44,580 bases of DNA from a virus (Duplodnaviria > Heunggongvirae > Uroviricota > Caudoviricetes): IMG/VR virus record IMGVR_UViG_2534682161_000019; one strand, given 5' to 3'. The first letter of the stretch is position 1; each line of letters opens with the position of its first letter. The translations under genes and the position numbers were made by a program. Positions 8,526 to 16,629 of this stretch are shown one piece after another. Below the pieces are notes generated by a model. That model was not told the DNA's origin, searched no databases, and was given only the letters and a program-made list of their open reading frames with translations.

Positions 8526-8947
8526 AAATCAAGCATGAGCACATCCGCATGGCGATGAATGCCTGGTCGCATCCGGACGGCGAAAAAGTTCCGGCAGCTG
8601 AAATAACCCGGGCTTATTTTGAACTGGGTATGACGTTTCCGGAACTGTACGACGATTCACACCCAGAAGCCCTGGCTCGCAATACTCAGAAGATTTTCCG
8701 CTGGGTGGAGAAAGACACCCCTGATGCGGTTAAAAAAATTCAGGCGTTGTTACCAGCGATCGAAAAAGCAATGCCACCTCTGCTGGTGGCCCGAATGCGC
8801 AGCCACAGTTCAACCTGGTTTCGGGAGCTGGTGGAGACGCGGGAACGACTGGTGAGAGACGCTGATGATTTTGTCGCAGTGGCGATCGCTGGTTTCAATC
8901 AGATGAATCGTGGTGGTCCGGCGGGAAATGCCGTGGTGATGCACTAA
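8522..8947 (+). CDS. YdaT-like / CII-like early regulatory protein
   Basis: 141 aa directly after the cro-like gene (start overlaps its stop); same position and size as ydaT of Rac; assignment from recollection. Confidence 0.45.
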   Translation: MKIKHEHIRMAMNAWSHPDGEKVPAAEITRAYFELGMTFPELYDDSHPEALARNTQKIFRWVEKDTPDAVKKIQALLPAIEKAMPPLLVARMRSHSSTWFRELVETRERLVRDADDFVAVAIAGFNQMNRGGPAGNAVVMH

Positions 8948-8970
8948 AAGCACGGTGTTCGGAGTTTTTT

Positions 8971-9918
8971 ATGAGCAGCAAGCTTCATGGTCTTGTCTGG
9001 GAAGGGTGTGCCTTCACCGGCATGATCTTATCCAGGGTGGCAGTAATGGCTCGCCTTGCAGATTACAGCAATGACGAAGGTGTGTCATGGCCTGCAGTGG
9101 AGACCATTCGTCGTCAGATTGGGGCAAAGAGTGAATCAACGGTTAAAGCGGCGATAGCGGAACTGGAAAAGAACGGCTGGCTGACGAAGGAGGAACGTAA
9201 GGTCGGTGGGCGTAATGAAAGCAATATCTACCGTCTTAATGTGGAAAAACTCGAAGCAGCAGCAGCGGCGGCGCGTGAGGCATATAAACCGAAAAGAAAA
9301 ATTAACCCGGTAAAAAATGACCCGTCAAATATTGACCCCTCAACGGTTGACCCCTCAAATTTTGATGGATCAACCGTTGATAAAAAACATTCGGTTAGGG
9401 GGACGATGGTTGGCCCCGATCCGTCAGTATTAAAACCTGATCCGCCAGATAAAAGATCTTCTTGTCCGGACGCTTCGCAACCGGACCCGCAGATGGCTGA
9501 ACAGGATTTTTTAACCCGACACCCTGACGCGGTTGTGTTCAGTGCGAAAAAACGCCAGTGGGGCAGCCAGGAAGATTTAGCGTGTGCGCAGTGGATCTGG
9601 GGGCGAATCGTGAGTCTTTACGAGCAGGCTGCCAGCGATGATGGCGAAATCATGCGACCGAAAGAACCAAACTGGACTGCATGGGCCAATGATGTGCGCA
9701 CAATGCGGATGCTGGATGGCAGAACTCACAGACAAATTTGCGAAATGTTTGGTCGGGTACAGCGGGATCCATTCTGGGTAAAAAACATCATGAGTCCGGC
9801 AAAACTCCGGGAAAAATGGGATGAGCTGGTTATTCGTCTGGGGCGTTCGCCTGTACAGCGTTGCGTGAATCACATTTCTGAACCGGATACCGAAATTCCG
9901 CCGGGGTTCAGGGGGTAA
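8971..9918 (+). CDS. replication initiator protein (O-like; N-terminal winged HTH)
   Basis: 315 aa; N-terminal HTH (...VSWPAVETIRRQIGAKSESTVKAAIAELEKNGWL...); internal DPSNIDPSTVDPSNFDGSTVD tract encoded by iteron-like DNA repeats. Confidence 0.6.
   Translation: MSSKLHGLVWEGCAFTGMILSRVAVMARLADYSNDEGVSWPAVETIRRQIGAKSESTVKAAIAELEKNGWLTKEERKVGGRNESNIYRLNVEKLEAAAAAAREAYKPKRKINPVKNDPSNIDPSTVDPSNFDGSTVDKKHSVRGTMVGPDPSVLKPDPPDKRSSCPDASQPDPQMAEQDFLTRHPDAVVFSAKKRQWGSQEDLACAQWIWGRIVSLYEQAASDDGEIMRPKEPNWTAWANDVRTMRMLDGRTHRQICEMFGRVQRDPFWVKNIMSPAKLREKWDELVIRLGRSPVQRCVNHISEPDTEIPPGFRG
9313..9381. repeat. iteron-like direct/inverted repeats inside the replication gene (putative origin)
   Basis: Repeated TGACCC(C)TCAA units (aaaaatgacccgtcaaat / attgacccctcaacgg / ttgacccctcaaat / tttgatggatcaaccgttga) followed by an A-run. 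Confidence 0.45.
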
Positions 9919-9960
9919 GTGTTGATTTGAGGTCATGAAGTTATTTTCTCAGGAGAGTTT

Positions 9961-10362
9961 ATGGGGGCTATTTATACCGAAGAACAGCGGGAAAGATTAC
10001 AGCGTCACATCGTTGACCTTGTACGTAAAAACGGGCGTATGAAAATGCCACAACTGGCATCGGCAACATATGCTTCACATGATTCCATTCGCCGGTACCT
10101 GAAGATGCTGGTGAGCCAGGGCGAAGTGTATGTTGTCAGCGGAAAAGGGGTATTCCTTTCAGAGAGAGTTTACCGTGAATGGCTGGCAAGTTCGGCAAAA
10201 AAATCAAGGGTTATCCGCAAACCAGCACAAAAACAGGGTAAGGCCGGAGTACAACCCTACGACCGGCACCAGAACGTAATTTGCCGGGAATGTCGTAACA
10301 GCGAATCAATGCAGCGGGTACTGGCTTTTTACCGGGGTGGATTTCAGGAGCTCGTATCGTGA
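9961..10362 (+). CDS. hypothetical protein
   Basis: 133-aa ORF; ATG preceded by AGGAGAG. Confidence 0.45.
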   Translation: MGAIYTEEQRERLQRHIVDLVRKNGRMKMPQLASATYASHDSIRRYLKMLVSQGEVYVVSGKGVFLSERVYREWLASSAKKSRVIRKPAQKQGKAGVQPYDRHQNVICRECRNSESMQRVLAFYRGGFQELVS

Positions 10363-10667
10363 AAAAGTGGGTGCGTGCCGAGATACTGATTCTACGGCAG
10401 TGTGCGGGAACAATGACGGTGGAATGTATCGGGATGCTTATTGGTCGTAGTGAGGCTGCGGTCAGAACGAAAGCGCGGGAACTGGGTATTAGTATGATGT
10501 TACGGGGTGATTATCACCAGTCAGCAAAATATCCGCAGAGTGATATTGAGCTGGCGCGACAGCTGCATCAGCTTGGCGTGTCCAGGAGAGAAATCGCCAG
10601 AAAATTTGGAATGCCGCTGCGCACAGTGAATAACTACGTTTATTTCGACAGGAGGGTGTCTGCGTGA
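10359..10667 (+). CDS. hypothetical HTH-containing protein
   Basis: 102 aa with two HTH-like stretches (GRSEAAVRTKARELGIS and GVSRREIARKFGMPLRTV); start overlaps previous stop. Confidence 0.45.
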   Translation: MKKWVRAEILILRQCAGTMTVECIGMLIGRSEAAVRTKARELGISMMLRGDYHQSAKYPQSDIELARQLHQLGVSRREIARKFGMPLRTVNNYVYFDRRVSA

Positions 10668-10897
10668 AAATCCTGTATCAGGATTACGGCCCGGTGGGAC
10701 AGGTGGTTATCAGCAGTACTGTAATGGAGTTCCGGAAGCATAACCGTGTGGTGGATGCAGTACTGTTAGCCTGTCCGGGGATATCGGCGAGCCGTGCAGG
10801 TGTGTTTTTTATGAAGACGAAGTTATATGGCAGTACAGCGTGGATAAAGAAGGCGTACCGGGTAGCGTTACAGGAGGTAAACAGTGAGCGAAATTAA
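10664..10897 (+). CDS. hypothetical protein
   Basis: 77-aa ORF translationally coupled to its neighbours. Confidence 0.35.
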   Translation: MKILYQDYGPVGQVVISSTVMEFRKHNRVVDAVLLACPGISASRAGVFFMKTKLYGSTAWIKKAYRVALQEVNSERN

Positions 10898-11345
10898 CTG
10901 TCAGGCACTGCGAGAGGCGGCAGAGAAAGCAACTAAAGGAAGCTACATCGTAGGGCATACGTCTGTTAACCAGCATGGCAATTTAACAGGAGTTTTTGTT
11001 TGTCAAAAATGGAAAGGAGAACCCGGTGGCGTGATTGCAGAATGTCATGTTAACTGCCTGGTTGAAACAGATGCTCAGGCTTACGCAAACGCTGAATTTA
11101 TTGCTGCCTTTAATCCAAAGGTTGCGCTGGCGATACTGGATAAGCTGGAAGCTAAAGACAAGCGCATTGCAGAACTGGAGGCGAGGGAAATCCAGTTACC
11201 TGCTGGCTTCGACCTTCGATATGGACACCCGATAAATGCTGATGAGCGACATGTGATGATACCTAAAGAAAATGGCAACTGGATTCATCGGACTGACTTA
11301 GAGCACTCACTACGTGTTGCAGGGATTCGTATTAAAGGAGACTAA
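10884..11345 (+). CDS. Ead/Ea22-like protein
   Basis: 153 aa; resembles the Ead/Ea22-like family common in E. coli prophages (recollection only); coiled-coil-like middle. Confidence 0.4.
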   Translation: MSEINCQALREAAEKATKGSYIVGHTSVNQHGNLTGVFVCQKWKGEPGGVIAECHVNCLVETDAQAYANAEFIAAFNPKVALAILDKLEAKDKRIAELEAREIQLPAGFDLRYGHPINADERHVMIPKENGNWIHRTDLEHSLRVAGIRIKGD

Positions 11346-11346
11346 C

Positions 11347-11703
11347 GTGGAAATAAAACCAGAAGATGAGTTAAGTAATATTGTTTTATTTCCGGTAAAA
11401 GAGGATGACCCACGTAATCAGGTTAATTTTCTTTATGAGCCATCGGAAAGACCATATTGTCATCACGACTCTGTCCGGGTTGACGAAAAAGAGCGTCAGG
11501 TCCGCTGTAAAATCTGCGGTGCAGTTGTGGAGCCATTTGACTGGATGCTCTCTGTGGCGAAAAGAGAAACCAGACTGGCAGATGATGTAAGGATCTTGCG
11601 CCAGGAGGAACGGGAAAGGCGGAGAAATATAGAAAAGCTAATTCAGATTGAGCGTAACGTGAAAGCGCGGATACGCAGGGCGACAAAATCCAGAACAGAA
11701 TAA
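11347..11703 (+). CDS. hypothetical zinc-ribbon protein
   Basis: GTG start 7 nt after a perfect AAGGAG RBS (track gives an upstream overlapping ATG at 11314); CHHD...CKICG Cys/His cluster; Arg-rich C-terminus. Confidence 0.45.
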   Translation: MEIKPEDELSNIVLFPVKEDDPRNQVNFLYEPSERPYCHHDSVRVDEKERQVRCKICGAVVEPFDWMLSVAKRETRLADDVRILRQEERERRRNIEKLIQIERNVKARIRRATKSRTE

Positions 11704-11751
11704 TTAAATTTAGCACTGTTAAAAATTTAATCCTTAACCGGAGGTATATCA

Positions 11752-11946
11752 ATGTCAAACGCACAGAAAGTTATTAACGCTGAAAAATATAACGAGTGGG
11801 TGAAAAAGTTCTCAGAGCAGATTTTTAAAATTACTGGCGACGAGAATGCGGCAAAAAATGAATTAGAGCCGTGGACACCTGAAGGTGTCGCCCCAAATTA
11901 TTGCTGGTGGATGTTGATCCAGTTGATGCTGCAAATGAAGCGATGA
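11752..11946 (+). CDS. hypothetical protein
   Basis: 64-aa ORF; GGAGG RBS upstream. Confidence 0.4.
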   Translation: MSNAQKVINAEKYNEWVKKFSEQIFKITGDENAAKNELEPWTPEGVAPNYCWWMLIQLMLQMKR

Positions 11947-11998
11947 GTTATCACAACGATTAATGTCAGGAGGCCGCCCGAAAGGGCGGTAATGAAAA

Positions 11999-12689
11999 GT
12001 GACTGAATTAACCAAAGAGCAATTAATCGAAGAAGCCAAATTAAAAATAGCGATTGCGAAATGCCACCCCAATTCAGGGATGGCACGGGTAGAGGGCGAG
12101 TTATTCAAAATTGCACTGGCATCGCTGGTAGCAGAACCGCTGGTGCCCGTCATGTATAAAGGAATGAAACTGTTAACAAAAGAGGGGCTTGAGCTTATTC
12201 GTGACGGTATTGCGGAGGCTACGGGACTGGAAGCAATGTGTATGGCTGATGCTTTGCTGTCTGGGGGGGGGGGCAGTGCCGTCAGTGCCGAAAGAAATGT
12301 ATTGGCAGGATGCACCAGTTGAAAGTAGCAGCAAAGCAGCTGCATACGCTACAGGCTGGAAAGCCTGCCGCGAAGCCATGCTTCAGTCCGGAAACTTTCG
12401 GGATAATAAGAATTCGTCAACCAACAATTTTCGGGAAATCCCGGAAACGTCAACCAGCTCTCAGGGAACTCCGGCTGGCTGGATAAGCTGTAGTGATGCA
12501 GTTCCTGCTGAATATTGCGATGTGATTCTGCGCGATGATCTCGGGAATGTATTCCCCGGTTCATGGGATAAGGTTTTTTGCCCCACTCGTGGCGGGAATA
12601 AGATGGCTTTTGTGGACAAAGACGGCGTCGAAGTAGAGAGCTCAACCCACTGGATGCCGCTACCAGAATCGCCGAAGGTGGTGAAGTGA
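11999..12689 (+). CDS. DUF551-like protein interrupted by a frameshift at a G11 homopolymer (possible pseudogene, phase-variable gene or sequencing artefact)
   Basis: ORF 11999-12322 and ORF 12189-12689 are in different frames and join across GGGGGGGGGGG at 12263-12273; removing one G gives a continuous ~229-aa protein ending ...WMPLPESPKVVK. Confidence 0.45.
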
Positions 12690-12762
12690 TGGAAAATGAA
12701 TTCGAAAATGCTATCGCCACGGTGCAGCCAAAATCAATAGTTGAGTAGACTTACTCTGAGGC

Positions 12763-12791
12763 TTGACTACGAGGTTACCATTAGGTGTAAT
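12763..12791 (+). promoter_or_regulatory. sigma70-like promoter upstream of the AT-rich island
   Basis: TTGACT (12763-12768), 17-nt spacer, TGTAAT (12786-12791). Confidence 0.4.
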
Positions 12792-12863
12792 TTAGAGTAA
12801 GTTGGTAGCCTCAGTTGTCGAAGAGGCATAATGGTGATTGTTAGTTGATGCAATAATTAAGGA

Positions 12864-13355
12864 ATGTTAATGCCTACTAATGCTGAACAACCAGTATCAA
12901 TTAGTAAACCGAAGACCGTTACACTTCGTGCTTTTGAAATAAAAAACACTGCACTTTCGAAAAGTTCTAGCGAAGCTAAGGCCGATTTGATAGCAAGGCT
13001 TAGTCAAGTAAAACAGGCAAAAGATAGATGCATGTTGTTAAATCCAGAAGATCCTAAGCAGGAAAGAGATGTTCTTTCGTATTTTAAAGAATCTCCTGTT
13101 ACTGATTCAGTATTTTGCACTATGTTAAGGATTACATCTGACAAAGAAATCCAACACATAACAGATTCTCTTTTTGAGAAAGAGGTCTTTTCTCTGGATG
13201 ATATAGAAACATCTCATTTAGATGTGTCAGCAATATGTAAAGGCCATTACTATTTTTGCATGAGTGATGATTTTTTAGTTACAAATCTCCCATTAAATAA
13301 AACGATTGTGCGTTTACAAACGTATCTGAGTTGGTTTACAAATAATGAGCTTTAA
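12864..13355 (+). CDS. hypothetical protein, first gene of the AT-rich island
   Basis: 163-aa ORF; AAGGA RBS favours the second ATG at 12870; no recognised motif; AT-rich codon usage unlike the surrounding prophage. Confidence 0.5.
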   Translation: MLMPTNAEQPVSISKPKTVTLRAFEIKNTALSKSSSEAKADLIARLSQVKQAKDRCMLLNPEDPKQERDVLSYFKESPVTDSVFCTMLRITSDKEIQHITDSLFEKEVFSLDDIETSHLDVSAICKGHYYFCMSDDFLVTNLPLNKTIVRLQTYLSWFTNNEL

Positions 13356-13370
13356 GAATTCACCCCACTA

Positions 13371-13883
13371 GTGTCAGCAAAAGGGAAAACGAAACTTAGT
13401 GATTTAAAAGCCATAATCGTTAAAGATCCAGAACCGTTAGTACCGACTGCTATGTGTGATGAGTCTGGTGTTAGAAGTAAAAAGGGAGAAATTACGGTTA
13501 GCGAAGGTCATAAATCTATCAAGTTAACACAAAAAGTTCTGGATATTATCAGGAGTTCGATGTCAGACTCTGAACAACTTAATGATATGATGCTGAGTCA
13601 AATGATTTCTGCTGAATTGTTAATAAAATTTAAAAAGCCACGCAGAATGACAGATGATGAATATAGTAGAGCTTTAGGGGCTTATTTGAAACCCGTTAGC
13701 GATCTTGATAATGTATCATTTAAGCGAAAAGATAACAAAACAGAAGTGAAAGGCAAGGATTTGCTGTTAACAAAGTCTGTAAGTATTGAAACGACACAGT
13801 CAGGTAAATTAGTTGAGCATCATTTGCTACAAGAGATGAGCAAGTTTTTGCTAGAGTTAAGCAATGAAAAAAATAGCGGTTAG
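13371..13883 (+). CDS. hypothetical protein, second gene of the AT-rich island (same frame as the first, separated by one TAA)
   Basis: 170-aa ORF with a GTG start and no clear RBS; in-frame continuation of 12864-13355 across the stop at 13353-13355. Confidence 0.45.
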   Translation: MSAKGKTKLSDLKAIIVKDPEPLVPTAMCDESGVRSKKGEITVSEGHKSIKLTQKVLDIIRSSMSDSEQLNDMMLSQMISAELLIKFKKPRRMTDDEYSRALGAYLKPVSDLDNVSFKRKDNKTEVKGKDLLLTKSVSIETTQSGKLVEHHLLQEMSKFLLELSNEKNSG

Positions 13884-14325
13884 CGTATTATCAATATTGC
13901 TGCTCACATTGTTGGCTAGTTCAGTCTGGGATGTTCGTCCGGACGGTTTTTTTGCGTCGACAGTTTTTACAATTTCTGGAATAATGTTCTCAATTGGATT
14001 AGGGCTAATTGTGAATTTTAGCACATCCGGTGTAAGGAACCGTGGATACATTCTGCGTATTAGACGTAATGTAATGAGGGTGAGGAATTCATTTCTATTA
14101 TATTTTGGTTTGTCGACTTTTTCTTACATAGCAAATCAATATCTTACTGCTTTTGAGTTTTCTTTAACCTTTGGTGATGGTATCAAAACATGTTTTAGCG
14201 CATCCATATTCTTTTGCTTGCTTATAATTTATTCCTCTATATATTTTGTTGTTAATTTTATAGAGTTGCAAAAACTCAATAATGATATTTTTGATAAAGT
14301 CAATGCGGAAATAACTAACAAATGA
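13864..14325 (+). CDS. hypothetical integral membrane protein (about 4 TM helices), third gene of the AT-rich island
   Basis: 153 aa; hydrophobic segments SVLSILLLTLLASSVW, VFTISGIMFSIGLGLIVNF, FLLYFGLSTFSYIANQYL, FSASIFFCLLIIYSSIYFVVNFI; overlaps the upstream ORF by 20 nt. Confidence 0.55.
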   Translation: MKKIAVSVLSILLLTLLASSVWDVRPDGFFASTVFTISGIMFSIGLGLIVNFSTSGVRNRGYILRIRRNVMRVRNSFLLYFGLSTFSYIANQYLTAFEFSLTFGDGIKTCFSASIFFCLLIIYSSIYFVVNFIELQKLNNDIFDKVNAEITNK

Positions 14326-14523
14326 AATGGCTTTTGTGTGCATGTTAAATAAAGAATACATGGCATCATTTAATGATGTCATGTGTAACGAGCGAAAAGC
14401 CTTTTGAACGGTTTTCATAAGTTATATTGAAAGATAAAATTGCTGCGGGTGCTTGAGGCTATCTGCCTCAGGCATGAACACCAACGGCAGATAGATAAAA
14501 GCCCCACCCGACTATAAATCGAA

Positions 14524-14742
14524 GTGAGGCCCCTATATGCTCGTCACATACAGATTGCCTCTTACGGACCGAAAGGTCAAGGAGAAGCAGGCTATGAAGC
14601 AGCAAAAGGCGATGCTAATCGCCCTGATCGTCATCTGTTTAACCGTCATAGTGACGGCACTGGTAACGAGGAAAGACCTCTGCGAGGTACGAATCCGAAC
14701 CGGCCAGACGGAGGTCGCTGTCTTCACAGCTTACGAACCTGA
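14524..14742 (+). CDS. mok: mok-like overlapping reading frame of the hok toxin locus
   Basis: 72-aa ORF starting upstream of hok and overlapping it in another frame, ending 7 nt before the hok stop. Confidence 0.5.
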   Translation: MRPLYARHIQIASYGPKGQGEAGYEAAKGDANRPDRHLFNRHSDGTGNEERPLRGTNPNRPDGGRCLHSLRT

Positions 14743-14749
14743 GGAGTAA
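14594..14749 (+). CDS. hok: Hok/Gef-family type I toxin (HokD/RelF-like)
   Basis: 51-aa product MKQQKAMLIALIVICLTVIVTALVTRKDLCEVRIRTGQTEVAVFTAYEPEE: single TM helix plus conserved C-terminus; matches HokD as I recall it. Confidence 0.85.
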   Translation: MKQQKAMLIALIVICLTVIVTALVTRKDLCEVRIRTGQTEVAVFTAYEPEE

Positions 14750-14915
14750 GAGACCTGGCGGGGAGAATTCCCTCGCCACCTCTGATGTGTCAGGCTTCCT
14801 CAACGCACCCGCACTTAACCCGCTTCGGTGGGTTTTGTTTTTTCTGTGCATTCTGGTTTACAATTCGCACGCCAGCCTGAACAACTGGCACCTGCTGCGC
14901 CAGCAGAGACAACCG

Positions 14916-15194
14916 ATGGCGCACGATACCAAATTACACAATTCTGATGATTCTGCCGTCTTTGCCAGCAGGCACGGGCTGCGTTCTCACGCATTCAAAT
15001 ATGACTGGTATCAGCACGATCCCTGTACTGAAGAACAGGCCGAATGGCTGATTCATAACTACCGCAGACGTGGGTATGAGTTTAAGAAAGCCCTCAGTCT
15101 CGATTATCGTCACTGGATAATCTACGTCAGGCTCCCTTATTCCGAACGCCCGCCGCGTCCATCCCGCACATTCCAGCAACGGATCTGGAGGTAA
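14916..15194 (+). CDS. hypothetical protein (DUF1364-like/Rem-like position between hok and DUF968 gene)
   Basis: Track gives 14787-15194 with a GTG start and hydrophobic N-terminus; the internal ATG at 14916 yields a 92-aa product; start uncertain. Confidence 0.35.
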   Translation: MAHDTKLHNSDDSAVFASRHGLRSHAFKYDWYQHDPCTEEQAEWLIHNYRRRGYEFKKALSLDYRHWIIYVRLPYSERPPRPSRTFQQRIWR

Positions 15195-15195
15195 C

Positions 15196-16245
15196 GTGCG
15201 GGTATTACTTCGACCTGTTCCGGTGCCGGAACTCGGGCTGGTGGTCCTTAAGCCGGGCCGTGAATCTATGCAGGTATTTCATAATCCCCGGGTACTGGTG
15301 GAGCCGGAACCGAAAAGCATGCGCGGTCTGCCGTCCGGAGCTGTTCCTGCCGTTCGCCAGGCGCTGGCGGAAGATAAATCATTACTGCCATTTTTCAGCG
15401 ATGAGCGGGTGATTCGTGCTGCTGGCGGCGCTGGTGCACTGTCTGACTGGCTGTTGCGTCATGTCAAATCCTGCCAGTGGCCTCATGGTGACTATCATCA
15501 CAGTGAAACCGTCATACATCGTTACGGTACCGGCGCGATGGTGTTGTGCTGGCACTGCGACAACCAGTTGCGTGACCAGACCTCCGAATCACTCGGGCAA
15601 CTTGCTCATCAAAACCTGTCGGCATGGATGATTGACGTCATACGCCACGCAATGAATGGCACACAAGAGCGGGAATTATCGCTGGCTGAATTGTACTGCT
15701 GGGCTGCTGTAAATGATGTAGTGGATGCCATGACCGAAAATATGGCGCGTCGAATCCTGAAGCGTCCGGGTGAAAAAATCCGCTCAATATACCGCGAGAG
15801 CGACATCATACCGGGAGAACCGACAGCCACCAGCATACTGAAGCAGCGCACAAAAAATATTGCGCTACCACCTTACGCCCACCAGCAACAGAACCCACCA
15901 CAGGAAAAGACGGTGGTCAGCATCGCCGTTGATCCGGAGTCTCCTGAATCTTTCATGAAGCGACCTAAACGTCGCCGTTGGGTAAATGAGAAATATACGC
16001 GCTGGGTGAAGACTCAGCCGTGTGCGTGTTGTGGTCAACCAGCCGACGATCCCCATCACCTGATTGGTCATGGTCAGGGCGGAATGGGAACAAAGGCCCA
16101 CGATATTTTTACACTACCGCTGTGCCGGGAGCATCACAACGAACTTCATGCGGATCTGCTGGCGTTCGAAGAAAACCATGGTTCCCAGATTGATTTAATT
16201 TTTCGTTTTCTTGATCACGCCTTTGCAACCGGCGTGCTTGGGTAA
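15196..16245 (+). CDS. DUF968-like protein (YdfU-like) with C-terminal HNH-like Cys/His motif
   Basis: 349 aa; GTG start 5 nt after GGAGG; C-terminal ...CACCGQPADDPHHLIGHG...CREHHNELH. Confidence 0.55.
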   Translation: MRVLLRPVPVPELGLVVLKPGRESMQVFHNPRVLVEPEPKSMRGLPSGAVPAVRQALAEDKSLLPFFSDERVIRAAGGAGALSDWLLRHVKSCQWPHGDYHHSETVIHRYGTGAMVLCWHCDNQLRDQTSESLGQLAHQNLSAWMIDVIRHAMNGTQERELSLAELYCWAAVNDVVDAMTENMARRILKRPGEKIRSIYRESDIIPGEPTATSILKQRTKNIALPPYAHQQQNPPQEKTVVSIAVDPESPESFMKRPKRRRWVNEKYTRWVKTQPCACCGQPADDPHHLIGHGQGGMGTKAHDIFTLPLCREHHNELHADLLAFEENHGSQIDLIFRFLDHAFATGVLG

Positions 16246-16257
16246 AAGAGGTTACTG

Positions 16258-16629
16258 ATGCGTATAGAGTTTGTTTTGCCTTACCCGCCGACGGTGAACA
16301 CCTACTGGCGACGTCATGGCAGCACATATTTTGTATCAAAAGCCGGTGAGCGTTATCGCCGTGATGTGGCGTTCATTGTTCGCCAGCAGCGGTTGAAATT
16401 AAACCTCTCCGGAAGGCTGGCGATAAAGATTATTGCAGAGCCACCGGATAAGCGCCGTCGTGACCTGGACAATATCCTGAAAGCACTGCTGGATGCGCTG
16501 ACACATGCGGGGCTGCTTATAGACGACGACCAGTTTGATGAAATCAATATTGTGCATGGTCTGCCTGTTTGCGGTGGGCGACTGGGTGTGAATATATTCG
16601 TAATAAGAGGATGTAATGATGTTGCGTGA
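16258..16629 (+). CDS. rusA: RusA-family Holliday junction resolvase
   Basis: 123 aa; [12 protein letters not shown]...[27 protein letters not shown] matches RusA (PPS.N.YYR...RRRDLDN...DAL..AG...DD). Confidence 0.8.
   Translation: MRIEFVLPYPPTVNTYWRRHGSTYFVSKAGERYRRDVAFIVRQQRLKLNLSGRLAIKIIAEPPDKRRRDLDNILKALLDALTHAGLLIDDDQFDEINIVHGLPVCGGRLGVNIFVIRGCNDVA

Noticed and set aside
12864-14325. Direct homology of the AT-rich island to lambda rexA/rexB
   Set aside because: Only the architecture (soluble proteins plus small 4-TM protein) is similar; I see no sequence resemblance to RexA or RexB as I remember them, so the link is kept as analogy only.
14787-14915. N-terminal extension of the ORF after hok (GTG start at 14787)
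   Set aside because: No RBS and a hydrophobic low-complexity start; the internal ATG at 14916 seems more plausible, but this is uncertain.
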